25,491 nucleotides of DNA from contig NW_021836061.1 of assembly GCF_006345805.1 (NCBI RefSeq), positions 1 through 25,491 of the forward strand, given 5' to 3'. Under the pieces are notes generated by a model. The model was not told the origin of the DNA. It was given only the letters and a program-made list of their open reading frames with translations, and ran no database searches. Origin of the DNA: Octopus sinensis. Taxonomy: Eukaryota. Position numbers and translations under genes: made by a program. Positions 1 through 10,052 of the stretch are shown one piece after another. Each line of letters opens with the position of its first letter. Within the stretch, counting starts at the first letter, position 1.

Positions 1-15
1 CTGAAATGTTGTTCA

Positions 16-78
16 TAATAATAATAATAATAACAATAAATATTAATGAAAAAAAAATTATTAATAATGATGATGATG

Positions 79-121
<43 letters not shown>

Positions 122-200
122 ATTATTATTATGATATTCGAAATAACAACAACAAGAACAATAATAACAATAACAAAAATAAAGGAAAGACTCAAAGATT
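16..200. repeat. Compound AAT/ATT/GAT/AAC trinucleotide microsatellite
   Basis: Runs of aataat, gatgat, (att)n and aacaac; these explain the poly-I/Y/N ORF at 46-255. Confidence 0.9.
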
Positions 201-583
201 TCATTTATTGGAACATAAAAAAAAACGAAATTATATTTGGTATTTCATTTTGTAAAAGAAATGTCTGTGAAAACCAGCCATATTCCAGCATCAAGATTCA
301 AGGTTTTCATCAGAACTGTTGTAACATTAGCATCGGTTCTTGAACAGGATTAACTGATAAAAAGTCTGTCTGGAATTTAATTTTAATCATTGGTCCTGAA
401 CGTGGATGTTTCTTTTAATTTCTTGCTTTCCTTCCTTTCTTCCTTCTTTCTTTCTTTCTTACTAAATTTCCTTCTTTATTTTTCTCCCTCCTTTTCCACA
501 CACTCACACATAAATACATACATGCATACATGCATAGTTCTCATTTACACATACATGATAAATATATACTATATATATATATA

Positions 584-798
584 GTTAATCCAAAACAAGA
601 AAACACCAAAAAAACACAGCAATGCGAGGACGTGGAACAAATAAAGTATTACTGGACGCTCAGGAAAGAAGGGAAGAAGGAGGGTTTACCGTTTCGAGCG
701 GAGCTCATCGTCGGAAACAAAGGAGAAGGAAAGATCCCGAGAAGGGAAGACAGAGGAAAAAAATTACTGGCGGTGCTCAAGAGGTCACATGTTGAAAG
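584..798 (-). mobile_element. Probable Penelope-like terminal-repeat (pLTR) fragment anchored at (TA)n
   Basis: Starts right after a (TA)n run. Carries gtttcgagcggagctcatcgtcgg, the same architecture as acgtttcgagcctacgctcttc at 25131, and shares gctcagga with 25101. Confidence 0.5.
684..718 (-). ncRNA. Minimal type-I hammerhead-ribozyme-like motif (degenerate)
   Basis: Minus strand: GTTT | CCGACGA T | GAGC TCC GCTC | GAAA CGG T | AAAC. Stem I GTTT/AAAC, stem II GAGC/GCTC. Core deviates (U4C, extra nt after A9, U16.1 replaced by G). Confidence 0.4.
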
Positions 799-862
799 AT
801 ATATACATATATACAAACACATAAATACATACACACATACATACATATATAATATATATACA

Positions 863-1227
863 CTCTTTTACTCTTTTACTAGTTTCAGTCATTTGACTGT
901 GGTCATGCTGGAGCACCGCCTTTAGTCGAGCAAATCGACCCCAGGACTTATTCTTGTAAGCCTAGTACTTATTCTATCGCTCTTTGCCGAACCGCTAGTT
1001 ACGGAGACGTAAACACACCAACCATCGGTTGTCAAGCGATGTTGGGGTGACAAACACAGACACACAACATATACACACACACCAACACATACACACACCA
1101 CACACACACACCCACACATATATTATATATATATAATATATATATATATATATTATATTATATATATATATATATATATACATACATTATACGACGGGCT
1201 TCTTTCAGTTTCCGTCTACCAAATCCA
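863..1227 (-). mobile_element. SINE family A (tRNA head, internal microsatellite), 5'-truncated
   Basis: Reverse complement of the family A body and tail seen at 14148-14624 and 19331-19729; central (CA)/(TA) tract at 1060-1185. Confidence 0.9.
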
Positions 1228-1460
1228 GTAGTAGTAGAATAGAAGATCCTTGATACGGTATTATTTATACGTAGGAATGAATAGAAATAGCTTTCCTGAC
1301 GACTTTTCCACTTTAATAAGTGACTCTGATAGAAGTTTCTAGCTTAATTGTCTTTAAGCGAGAAACCCCAATCAGAATCGTCGTTTGCAAATAAATAAAC
1401 ATCTAATTATTAAAGTGGAAAAATTATCACAAAAGCTATTTCTATTCTTTTTGTCATGTA

Positions 1461-2315
1461 CCGTAACTCCTGGTGTATAGTCCGCCCTTGAATATAATAC
1501 GCAGGGGATTTTTAGGGGGCAGTACATCTGAAAAACCTAAACCTTTTGTATAATACGCATCCCTTCTCTAACTTGAGTCGTGCGTAATTAAGCCAGCAGC
1601 ACCTAGTCGAACACTTGAGGGCGCGTGGCTTAGTGGTTAGGGCATTCGGCTCATGATCGTAAGGTTGTGAGTTCGATTCCCGGCGACGCGTTGTGTCCTT
1701 GAGCAAGACACTTTATTTCACGTTGCTCCAGTCCACTCAGCTGGCAAAAATGAGTTGTACTTGTATTTCAAAGGTCACCTTGTCACTCTCTGTGTCACGC
1801 TGATTATCCCCGAGAACTACGTTAAGGTACACGTGTCTGTGGAATGCTCAGCCATTTGCACGTTAATTTCACGAGCAAGCTGTTTCGTTGATCGTATCAG
1901 CTGGGACCCTCGTCGTCGTAACCGGCGGAGTCTTTTAAGTCGAACAAACACTTCCGTGCATGCGTAATACAATAATGGTGATGTTCTTAACTGTTATATG
2001 GAAATGTAAATATGTTTGCAAATTGTTTTTGTTACATGTTATTCTGTGTCCTGAATACTTTTATTTTAATAAATGTTGCTTACTGCAAGTTATGCATGAT
2101 TCTATTATGACTTCATTGCTTTCAGGCTTAGCTTAAGGTATTTTCGCACCCGACATCAGAAAATGCGTCTGAATAAACATTGCCGGACAGCAAATAGAGA
2201 CTCGGACATCGCTTAGAAAATATTTTTCATTTTTAACCTCGTATATAGTACGCACTAGGGATTTTGACCGTTAAACTTTGGGAAAAAATTGCGGATTATA
2301 CTCGAAGATTTACGG
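1461..2315. mobile_element. pogo/Tigger-type (Tc1/mariner superfamily) MITE with a nested SINE
   Basis: TA-CCGTAACTCCTGGTGTATAGTCCGC at 1459 versus the reverse complement of the right end, TA-CCGTAAATCTTCGAGTATAATCCGC (20/25 match). TA on both sides (1459-60, 2316-17). Confidence 0.75.
1617..1936 (+). mobile_element. SINE, head D + tail 1
   Basis: A box TGGCTTAGTGG, B box GAGTTCGATTCC, CORE/V-like gtgtccttgagcaagacac. Tail shared with 2791-3164. Imperfect TSD agtcgaacactt (1605-1616) / agtcgaacaaacactt (1938-1953). Confidence 0.9.
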
Positions 2316-2329
2316 TATATATCTATCAC

Positions 2330-2369
2330 CTCTCTCTCTCCCTCCCTCTCTCTCTCTCCCTCTCTCTCA

Positions 2370-2428
<59 letters not shown>

Positions 2429-2432
2429 TAAT
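2330..2432. repeat. (CT)n followed by (TA)n microsatellite
   Basis: Direct reading. Confidence 0.95.
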
Positions 2433-2490
2433 CTATATGCATATATACATCCTATACGTACAACATGTATACGTATATACATATGCATAT

Positions 2491-2775
2491 GTGGGTGCAG
2501 GACGTCACAAAACAGAAACAATAAAAAATACGAAGTACGAGGGCATGGAATAAGGACTTTTTTGCAAGGAACAAATGGAAAACAAGAGAATTAACACAAG
2601 GAACGACCCTTCATCAGTTGTCGGCTGATTTTCTAATTTGTATTTGTTAAATTCAGCACTGGAATCCGTATGATTTATAGTCTGAGCTTTATAATCCAAG
2701 GAAACTATCGATGGTCTTGTAGGCAACAATTAGTCAATAAAAGGGATCGATAGAAGGGTCAGTATGTTAATTTGT
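2491..2775 (-). mobile_element. Unclassified repeat, possibly a PLE terminal repeat; 127 bp recur inverted at 4302-4428
   Basis: 2649-2775 equals the reverse complement of 4302-4428 with 6 mismatches. The minus strand carries CTGATGAAGGG and runs into a TA-rich tract at about 2490. Confidence 0.45.
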
Positions 2776-2790
2776 CGGGATTCCTATACA

Positions 2791-3164
2791 GGAGGTGCAA
2801 TGGCCCAGTGGTTAGTGCAGCGGACTCGTGGTCGTAGGATCGCGGTTTCGATTCCCAGATCGGGCGTTGTGAGTGTTTGTTGAGAGAAAAACACCTAAAG
2901 CTCCACGCGGCTCCGACAAGGGGTGGTGATGAACCCTGCTGTTCTCTTTCACCACAAATTTCCCCCACTTTTGCTTCCTGTTTCTGTTGTACCTGTATTT
3001 CAAAGGGCCGACCTAGTCACACTCTGCGTCACGCTGAATCTCCCGAGAACTACATTAATGGTACACGTGTCTGTGGAGTGCTCAGCCACTTGTACGTTAA
3101 TTTCACGAGCAAGCCGTTTCGTTGGCCGGATCAACTGGAACCCTCGTCGTCGTATCGACGGAGT
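2791..3164 (+). mobile_element. SINE, head C + tail 1
   Basis: A box TGGCCCAGTGG, B box GGTTTCGATTCCC. The 3' ~170 bp match 1765-1930. Confidence 0.9.
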
Positions 3165-3170
3165 TTCAGG

Positions 3171-3177
<7 letters not shown>

Positions 3178-3216
<39 letters not shown>

Positions 3217-3225
3217 TGTGTGTGT
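3178..3225. repeat. (GT)n microsatellite
   Basis: Direct reading. Confidence 0.95.
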
Positions 3226-3490
3226 GAGGCCCAATGGCTCAGTGGCTAGGGCAGCCGATTCGCGGTCGTAGGATCGCGGTTTCGATTCCCAGACCGAAAA
3301 CACCTAAAGCTCCATGAGGCTCCGGCAGGGGGTGGTGGCGATCCCTACTGTACTCTTTCGCCGCAACTTTCTCTCACTCTTTCTTCTGTTGGCCTGCTTG
3401 CTTAGCCAGCGGGGTGGCGTCATTTCAAGGCTAAAACAATGCGAAGTGCATTGTGATATGTAGCAGCAACATCTGATAGCCTGGTCGTGA
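3226..3490 (+). mobile_element. SINE, head C + tail 2 (small internal deletion)
   Basis: Same head as 2791 (TGGCTCAGTGG ... GGTTTCGATTCCC ... aaaacacctaaagctcca) but an unrelated 3' region from about 3390. Confidence 0.85.
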
Positions 3491-3561
3491 AAAGAATAGC
3501 AGGAAAAGAATATGCATATATAGAATATGCATATATAGAACACTCACACGTACACCCCACC

Positions 3562-3565
<4 letters not shown>

Positions 3566-3602
<37 letters not shown>
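3566..3602. repeat. (TA)n microsatellite
   Basis: Direct reading. Confidence 0.95.
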
Positions 3603-3605
<3 letters not shown>

Positions 3606-3696
3606 TAAAATAAAAATGAGGGTGAAAAATTGGATATTAATTTGATAACATCAATTTTAACACCAGTGGTCTAGCATATAAAAAACTGAGATTCAG

Positions 3697-3742
<46 letters not shown>

Positions 3743-4301
3743 ATTTATGTATATATACATATATATTCGGTGACTACCACGCCCAACAAGGCGGCAAACA
3801 TACAAATATAGAATGTCTCAAGCAACCATTTTTATGTTAGGAATTACAAAATGAGAGAAGAAAAAGAAAAATAGAAAAGAAAACCTAATAAGATGCAGTT
3901 TTAAGGACCATAAAACGATCAAGGCAAGATTGCAAAGAATCAAAGATCGCATTTATGTGAGAAACAAGAAAGAATAAAAGAGTTTCATAACAGAGATGAA
4001 CCTACACCACAAACGAACTTGTCGAACTCCTATCTGATTCTCATCAAATGGTTTCACTTTAAAACCCCTTTTCTCTTCTCTTTCTGTCGTGTTCTCTGTC
4101 TTGTTCACTGTCTCTATCTCTCTTCATCTTTGTCTCCCCTTTTCTCACTAGGGTTTCATGCTAAGATTTTAATCTAAATATTTCCCTTACAGACACGTTA
4201 TATATTACAGCTGCTTCCAGCCCTTAAGCTATAACGTTACTCTTCTCGTCAGATAAAGAGTATTGCTCGAAGAAACTTTATTGGATTTCACACGCTTCAC
4301 A

Positions 4302-4428
4302 ACAAATTAACATACTGACTCTTCTATCGATCCCTTTTATTGACAAATTGTTGCCTACGAGACCATCGCTAGTTTCCTTGGATTATAAAGCTCAGACTAT
4401 AAATCATACGGATTCCAGCGCCGAATTT
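4302..4428 (+). repeat. Inverted copy of 2649-2775
   Basis: 121/127 identity by manual alignment. Confidence 0.9.
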
Positions 4429-4663
4429 CAGAATTTTAATTCATTAAGTTTCAACAAATGTAAACCGTACAAAATTGAGATCGGCGTTATGGCTTCCAGT
4501 ACACTGGTTAACTATCTTTGGTAGCTTGGCACTCTTTATTCCGAAATGGCGTCTCGTAAATGGCACTACCATATGTTTTGCAGATAATAATAATACTGAC
4601 AAGATGATGGTGATGGTGACGAATGATAAATGATGATGATAAATGATCATAACTATCTCTTAA

Positions 4664-5066
4664 TCTTTTACTCTTTTACTTGTTTCAGTCATTTGACTGC
4701 GGCCATGCTGGAGCACCGCCTTTAGTCGAGCAAATCGACACACAGGACTTATTCTTTGTAAGCCTAGTACTTATTCTATCGGTCTCTTTTGCCGAACCGC
4801 TAAGTTACGAGGACGTAAACACACTAACATCGGTTGTCAAGCGATGTTGGGGGAACAAACACACACACACACGCACACATATATATATACATATACATAT
4901 ATACAACGATCTTCTTTCAGTTTCCGTCTACTAAATCCACTCACAAGGCTTTGGTCGGCCCGAGACTACAGTAGAAGACACTTGCCCAAGGTGCCACGCA
5001 GTGGGACTGAACCCGGAACCATGTGGTTGGTAAGCAAGCTACTTACCACACAGCCACTCCTGCGCC
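4664..5066 (-). mobile_element. SINE family A, full length
   Basis: Minus-strand head ggcgcaggagTGGCTGTGTGGtaag ... GGTTCAGTCCC, CORE-like gcaccttgggcaagtgtctt, central (TG)/(TA) tract, tail gtaaaagagtaaaaga. Confidence 0.95.
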
Positions 5067-5101
5067 TATGTCAATAACATTAAGAACAACAACAGCAATA
5101 A

Positions 5102-5320
5102 TAATCCTTTTCACTAAAGACGCGAAGTCTGAAATTTCGTGGGAGGGGAGAAGTCGATTACATCAACCCCAGTGTTCCACTGGTACTTAATTTATCGAAC
5201 CCCGAAGGATGAAAAGCGAAGTCGACTACGGCGGAATTTGAACTGTGAACGTAAAGATAGACGAAACGCCACTAAGCATTATTCCCAGCGTGCTGACCAT
5301 TCAGCTGGCTTGCCACCTTA
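5102..5320 (-). mobile_element. SINE family B (tail b), diverged
   Basis: Reverse complement of the 10789/23095 head and the central cctttcatcc...tcgataaattaagtacc block. Confidence 0.85.
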
Positions 5321-5336
5321 AAAGCAGCAATGATAG

Positions 5337-5553
5337 TAATCCTTCCTAACATAAACGCAGGACCTGAAATCTTGTAGGAAGATTTAGTTGATGACATCGA
5401 CCCTAGGACACGACTGGTGCTTACTTTATCGATCCCAAAAAGATGGAAGGCAAAGTCGACCCCGGAAGATTTTGAACTCAGAACATAAACATGGACGAAA
5501 TACCGCTAAGCATTTTGTTCGGTGTGCTAGCGATTCTGTGAGCTCGTCGCCTT
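5337..5553 (-). mobile_element. SINE family B (tail b), diverged
   Basis: Second tandem copy, ending in agctcgtcgcctt (reverse complement of aaggcgacgagct). Confidence 0.85.
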
Positions 5554-5578
5554 AATAATAATAATAATAATAATAATA

Positions 5579-5615
<37 letters not shown>

Positions 5616-5840
5616 GATAATAATAATAATAATAATAAAATGATGATAATAATAATAATATAATAATAATATAATATAATAATAATAATAATAATAATAA
5701 TATAATATAATAATAATAATAATAATAATAATATAATATAATAATAATAATAATAATAATCATAATAATAATGATAATCATAATGATAATAATGATAATC
5801 ATAATGATAATAATTATAATAATAATAATAATAATAATAA
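5553..5840. repeat. Long imperfect (TAA)n microsatellite
   Basis: Direct reading; about 290 bp. Confidence 0.95.
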
Positions 5841-6400
5841 ATGCCCTGGTGCAGTACCAGGCAGTGGCTTTCGTAGCTGCTGATCTTAACTGATTGGAAG
5901 TGTCATAATGTACATAATTTTGTCTTGGTATAAACGATGGGCTACAGCAAATATTCTGCTCAATACCACAGAGTTGCTTGTCAGTTGTTTGACCTTAACT
6001 AGTTGAGCATGTCTCGTAGTTGCTGACGATGTGTGCATCTCTGATCACGAGAAGTAGTGGGGGAGCATGATAGCCGTCTGTTGAAAGGAATTCTTGGAGG
6101 TTTGGATAATTCACCTTTGGAAACATGGGTGTTTCATTCAACATCCTTAAACAATCCTTATTCAGGGACCTTTTGAGCAGGTTGGGCTACTCGACCAGAA
6201 GAAAATTCTAACTGGGCCTCACTTGCAAGGTTATGCGCTGTTTATCTTGATATGAGATCACCATGTCGCGCACATATGGTTGTGATGCATGTGTCTAGTG
6301 TACCCTTATCAGATGGGTAGTCATGATGGGTATACTGGGCTTCGTATATTTTACCCCAGTGTCACTTTGATGGCATGCACTGCTCTCTCACTCACTCAAT

Positions 6401-6402
<2 letters not shown>
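5841..6402. mobile_element. Non-coding ~560-bp interspersed element embedded in (TAA)n
   Basis: Complex, more GC-rich block with sharp boundaries (atgccctggtgcagt ... gctctctcactcactcaat), flanked on both sides by (TAA)n. No ORF and no Pol III boxes. Resembles, from memory, an abundant octopus repeat (unverified). Confidence 0.6.
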
Positions 6403-6403
<1 letters not shown>

Positions 6404-6481
<78 letters not shown>

Positions 6482-6482
6482 T
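6404..6482. repeat. (TAA)n microsatellite
   Basis: Direct reading. Confidence 0.95.
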
Positions 6483-6509
6483 ATTGATGATGATGATAAT
6501 TGAGTAGAC

Positions 6510-7399
6510 ATGATATGGCAAGATGAGAGTAATGAATACGTGCATTGTCTCTGTAATGCGATATGACGCAGGTGTTGTTAGATGAACAATGAACGGAATT
6601 AAGGAAATGAATAGAAAAACCAGGATAGAGATGACAACGAAAAAGGAACTGCACCCTGAAAGCAATGTCGGTGGATTGTATGTGTCTAGAAACGACGAAG
6701 GAATAGGTTTCGTAAGATTCAAGAACTGTGTTATCAATTGAAAACTGGGATGGTACGTGTTGTGGCGAAAGTCACATTCACCCCTGTTGGGTTGGACGAA
6801 TGGACTAGCCGAACTCTGATAAAAAGTAGCGTATTGTTTGAGAGGGGAACAGTTGTAAGAGTTGATGAGAGTTCGAGGAAGTCATAGGAAGATCGTTGAG
6901 AGTTTGTATTTATTGGAGTATCGTGTTTTAGTGGAGTAATTTGAAGTAGGTCGTCTGAAGACAGTGTCTCTCTCTCCCCGCTTCGTGAAATTTGTATATC
7001 CGACGTATAGAAGGATATAAAAATACGTCAGACAGCAGATTGAACCTTTGGTTGTTGCTGTTAGAAATAGCAATACGATGCCTAGTGAAAATATGAAACC
7101 CCTAAAAGCATTTACGAAACAAGATGGGGAACAAAGACTGAACAACAGGAAAATGAAAATGATGCATTGACAATACTACAGGGAAATCTAAGTAACAGAC
7201 AAGACCAACACCTGCAGATGGCTAAGGAATGTGGATCTGAAAGGATGCACTGAGACATTGACATGCAATGCTCAGGAACAAGCTCTGAGAACTAATCACG
7301 CTAGGTTCCAAATAGATTAGAGTAGTGAGTTGCCCATTTGAAGGATGTATGGCATCAAAAGCGAAACAGTCTCATTTTGTGAGTGAATGTAGTAAACTG
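6510..7399 (+). mobile_element. R4/Dong-clade LINE fragment (post-RT region to CCHC finger), decayed, split by an insertion
   Basis: Manual translation: MNTCIVSVMRYDAGVVR*...RKTRIEMTTKKELHPESNVGGLYVSRNDEGIGF...LGWYV|RQQIEPLVVAVR...RWLRNVDLKGCTETLTCNAQEQALRTNHARFQID*SSELPI*RMYGIKSETV(fs)HFVSECSKL. This matches the R4/Dong pattern LHP.S.V.RLY..R..GGRG and WL..G.LK..TE.LI..AQEQALRTN...C..C....ET..H..SEC. Confidence 0.85.
6759..7023 (-). mobile_element. 265-bp insertion with 5-bp TSD (TACGT), LTR-like end
   Basis: TACGT at 6754-58 and 7024-28. Removing the insert and one copy restores the R4 frame (W-Y-V-R-Q-Q). The minus strand has AATAAA and ends ...ccacaac(a). Confidence 0.7.
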
Positions 7400-8704
7400 T
7401 TTAGATTGTTTGCGTTTGGAGGATTCTGGTGATAGTGATTGTGTTAGTTGTATTTGTGTTGGTGTTTTGGGGGAGATGTTTGCGTGGGTGGTGTTTGTAT
7501 TTTTTTATTCTGGGTGTTGTTATGGTTTGCTGAGTTTTTCTTTCGTGCTTTTTGTTTGGCCCTTTTGGTTTTCCTTCATCTTCACTACTGGAAAGTGAAG
7601 GGTCTGTTGCTGTAAGTGTGTCTGTGTCCGTATGTATTTTCATAATCTTGTCTATGTCTGTATTTTCGTTTTGTGTGGCGTGGTGGGAGAGCTTTCATTG
7701 TTTCCTCCTAGGGTGGTTAATGTCGTTGGTGTTGTTACTAGTGGTTTTGCCGGTACTGGTGTTGTTTGTGGTTCTCGTCCCGGCATAGCCAGCAGTTGAG
7801 GCAGCTGGCGGCAGGAGCAGCCAAATGAGTCGTTTCTCCTCACCTGAAACAATGAGTCCTTTTGCCTTCAGTCATGATCTGTATCACCGTCCCATTCTGG
7901 AGACAGATGTATTCCGGGATTTTGTTTTTATGTTTTCGGGTCTGATCTGGAGAAGTATCTCCAGGTCAACCCCTGACCTGTCCTCCCTGGCAGATCTTGT
8001 CGCCTCTATAGGGACAGTATCAGTCCCCTTCACGATTATGCATCCCGGAAGCCGCCAAATATCTAGTCCTGGGGGAATTCTAGGAATGTGGAAAGGGGTA
8101 CATGATAACTTTGCTGGTTTTTTGCAGGGGCTCATTCAATATTTCACAGCGAGGGCTTCTGATCTAAACAGCACCAAAATGGTGTTTGCCTCTCGCTTTG
8201 TATTCGATGCCATTTCTTATGCTCTTCAGCGCAGCCTCAATATCTACTTGGGATATCAAATTCGCTCTTTTCGTGAGATACATCTGGAAAACACCATTCT
8301 CCTCTCCACTGCTTCAAGTGCCTTTGGTGCAATTGTCAGATTTGCCCTATTGTTCTCTTGTTTAATTAGTTTCCATGCCTCTGTGAGCATCTGATCCCTA
8401 TTTGTGAGGTCTACGGTATATCGATGTTCTTAGGTGCCGCTGCTGCTGCAAAACTATTTGCGCTATTTTTATTAGTATTGTTTTCGTTGTTGCTTTTATT
8501 GTTGTCACTATTGCTGCTGTTGCTGTTGCAGTTGTTGTTGTCGTTCTTATCGATGTTGTTGGAATTGGTTTTATTGTTGCTGTCGTCACTTTTGCTCTCG
8601 TTGTTGTTGTTGTTATTGTTGTTGCTATCGCTACTTCCACTGCTGTTGCTTTCTTTTTCGTTGTTGCTACTCTCACTACTACTACTACACTACTACTACT
8701 ACCA

Positions 8705-8792
<88 letters not shown>

Positions 8793-9140
8793 GGTTGCTG
8801 TCAATGTTGCTATTGCTGTGGTCATTTCTACCGCTGTTAGTGCTTCTGCTATTACTGTTGTTACTGTTCATTCTACTTTGTACCATGACATATTTGTTCT
8901 TCTCTTCCTCCCCTTCCCCTGTATTGTGGCCTGTGATAGAGGGGAGGGGGAAGTCTTCATCTATTACCATATTGGTAGGACGGTTGGTTTTGATTTTCCT
9001 CAAACCTTTTCAAGACGCGCTCCGCTGTCTTGTTGTGTTGTGTTGATTCCACTAAATTTTAACGCCCACCGAATTTATTTGGCGGGCCGAAAATCGTCCC
9101 TCTGGGGGCGACACAACCATGAAAAAAAAAAACAGTATTA
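7400..9140 (-). mobile_element. 5' part (5'UTR + decayed ORF1) of an L1/Tx1-type LINE
   Basis: Frame-corrected minus-strand reading from ATG 8970: MVIDEDFPLPS...poly-S/N...SFAAAAAPKNIDI...MLTEAWKLIKQE...KIPEYICLQNGTVIQIMTEGKRTH-CFR*(C)GETTHLAA(fs)SC. This is a decayed CX2CX4HX4C knuckle at 7851-7811, followed by a P/T-rich and SSSEDEGK/basic tail. No ORF2 present. Clade assignment is inferred from the knuckle context. Confidence 0.7.
8420..8870. repeat. Compound trinucleotide repeat (GTT/GCT/CTA/CTG) within the LINE ORF1
   Basis: (CTA)n at about 8676-8762 and (CTG)n at about 8763-8790; reads as Ser/Asn codons on the minus strand. Confidence 0.85.
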
Positions 9141-9282
9141 GGTTCCTGGTGCTTCTATTCACAACTTGGAATAAAATAATTATTGCAAAAAGACACTAAA
9201 CATGGTGTAAATAAATACTTTAAACTGAACGTACTTGGAGCGATCGAAAACACGCCCAATGTGTTCTGCAGCAAAATTTATT

Positions 9283-9309
9283 AATGATGATGATGATACT
9301 ACTGCTACA

Positions 9310-9370
<61 letters not shown>

Positions 9371-9373
9371 ATG

Positions 9374-9420
<47 letters not shown>
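9283..9420. repeat. (GAT)/(CTA)n/(TAA)n compound microsatellite
   Basis: Direct reading. Confidence 0.95.
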
Positions 9421-9517
9421 CATAAGAGCATCCCAGCGAAACACAGCACATACCCAAGGCACACAGAGCTGTGCTCGGTACTGAATTGAAAGTACGTTAT
9501 AAAAATGAAACTACTGA

Positions 9518-9525
9518 ATAATAAC

Positions 9526-9562
<37 letters not shown>

Positions 9563-9563
9563 G

Positions 9564-9599
<36 letters not shown>
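9518..9599. repeat. (TAA)n microsatellite
   Basis: Direct reading. Confidence 0.95.
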
Positions 9600-9740
9600 T
9601 CTACCACAGATACAACGCCTGAATTTTTGGGGGAGGGCGCTAGTTGATTACATAGACACAGTACTTGGCTGGGGCTTATTTTATCAAAGATAAAAGACAA
9701 AGTCGACCTCGGCAAACTTTGAACTCAGAACGTAAAGAGC
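9596..9740 (-). mobile_element. SINE family B fragment
   Basis: aaagtcgacctcggcaaactttgaactcagaacgtaaag is the reverse complement of the family B B-box region. Confidence 0.75.
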
Positions 9741-9959
9741 TGAAATAAATGTATGAATGAATGTAGATAGACAGAAAGAGGGAGAAATAGAGAGAGAGAG
9801 AGAGAGATTTAACAAACACCCACGCAATTATACATGCATACATACATGCATGGTTACATAAACATACACACACACGCTCACATAAAAAACATAATATACA
9901 AACATACACGACCACTCACAGACCTATATATTATTACGCACGCACACACACATACTCAT

Positions 9960-9978
9960 ATGTATGTATGTGTGTATT

Positions 9979-10033
<55 letters not shown>

Positions 10034-10052
10034 ATATACGTATATGTATGTA
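9960..10052. repeat. (TA)n/(TG)n microsatellite
   Basis: Direct reading. Confidence 0.95.

Noticed and set aside
250-400. Possible host exon (short open frames on both strands in complex sequence)
   Set aside because: No convincing donor/acceptor pair and no recognisable protein motif; would need RNA-seq or BLASTx.
2588-2617. Fifth hammerhead candidate (CTGATGA-AGG...CCT on the minus strand)
   Set aside because: No GAAA follows stem II and no stem I/III could be built.
4244-4276. cagataaa-GAGT att GCTC-gaagaaac, hammerhead-like on the plus strand
   Set aside because: The core is too divergent and there is no stem I or cleavage triplet.
3770-4300. Purine-rich then pyrimidine-rich unexplained block
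   Set aside because: No ORF, repeat or terminal signature could be supported.
7825-8394. 189-aa plus-strand ORF, the longest non-repetitive ORF
   Set aside because: It is antisense to the decayed LINE ORF1 with the CCHC knuckle and shows no recognisable motif of its own.
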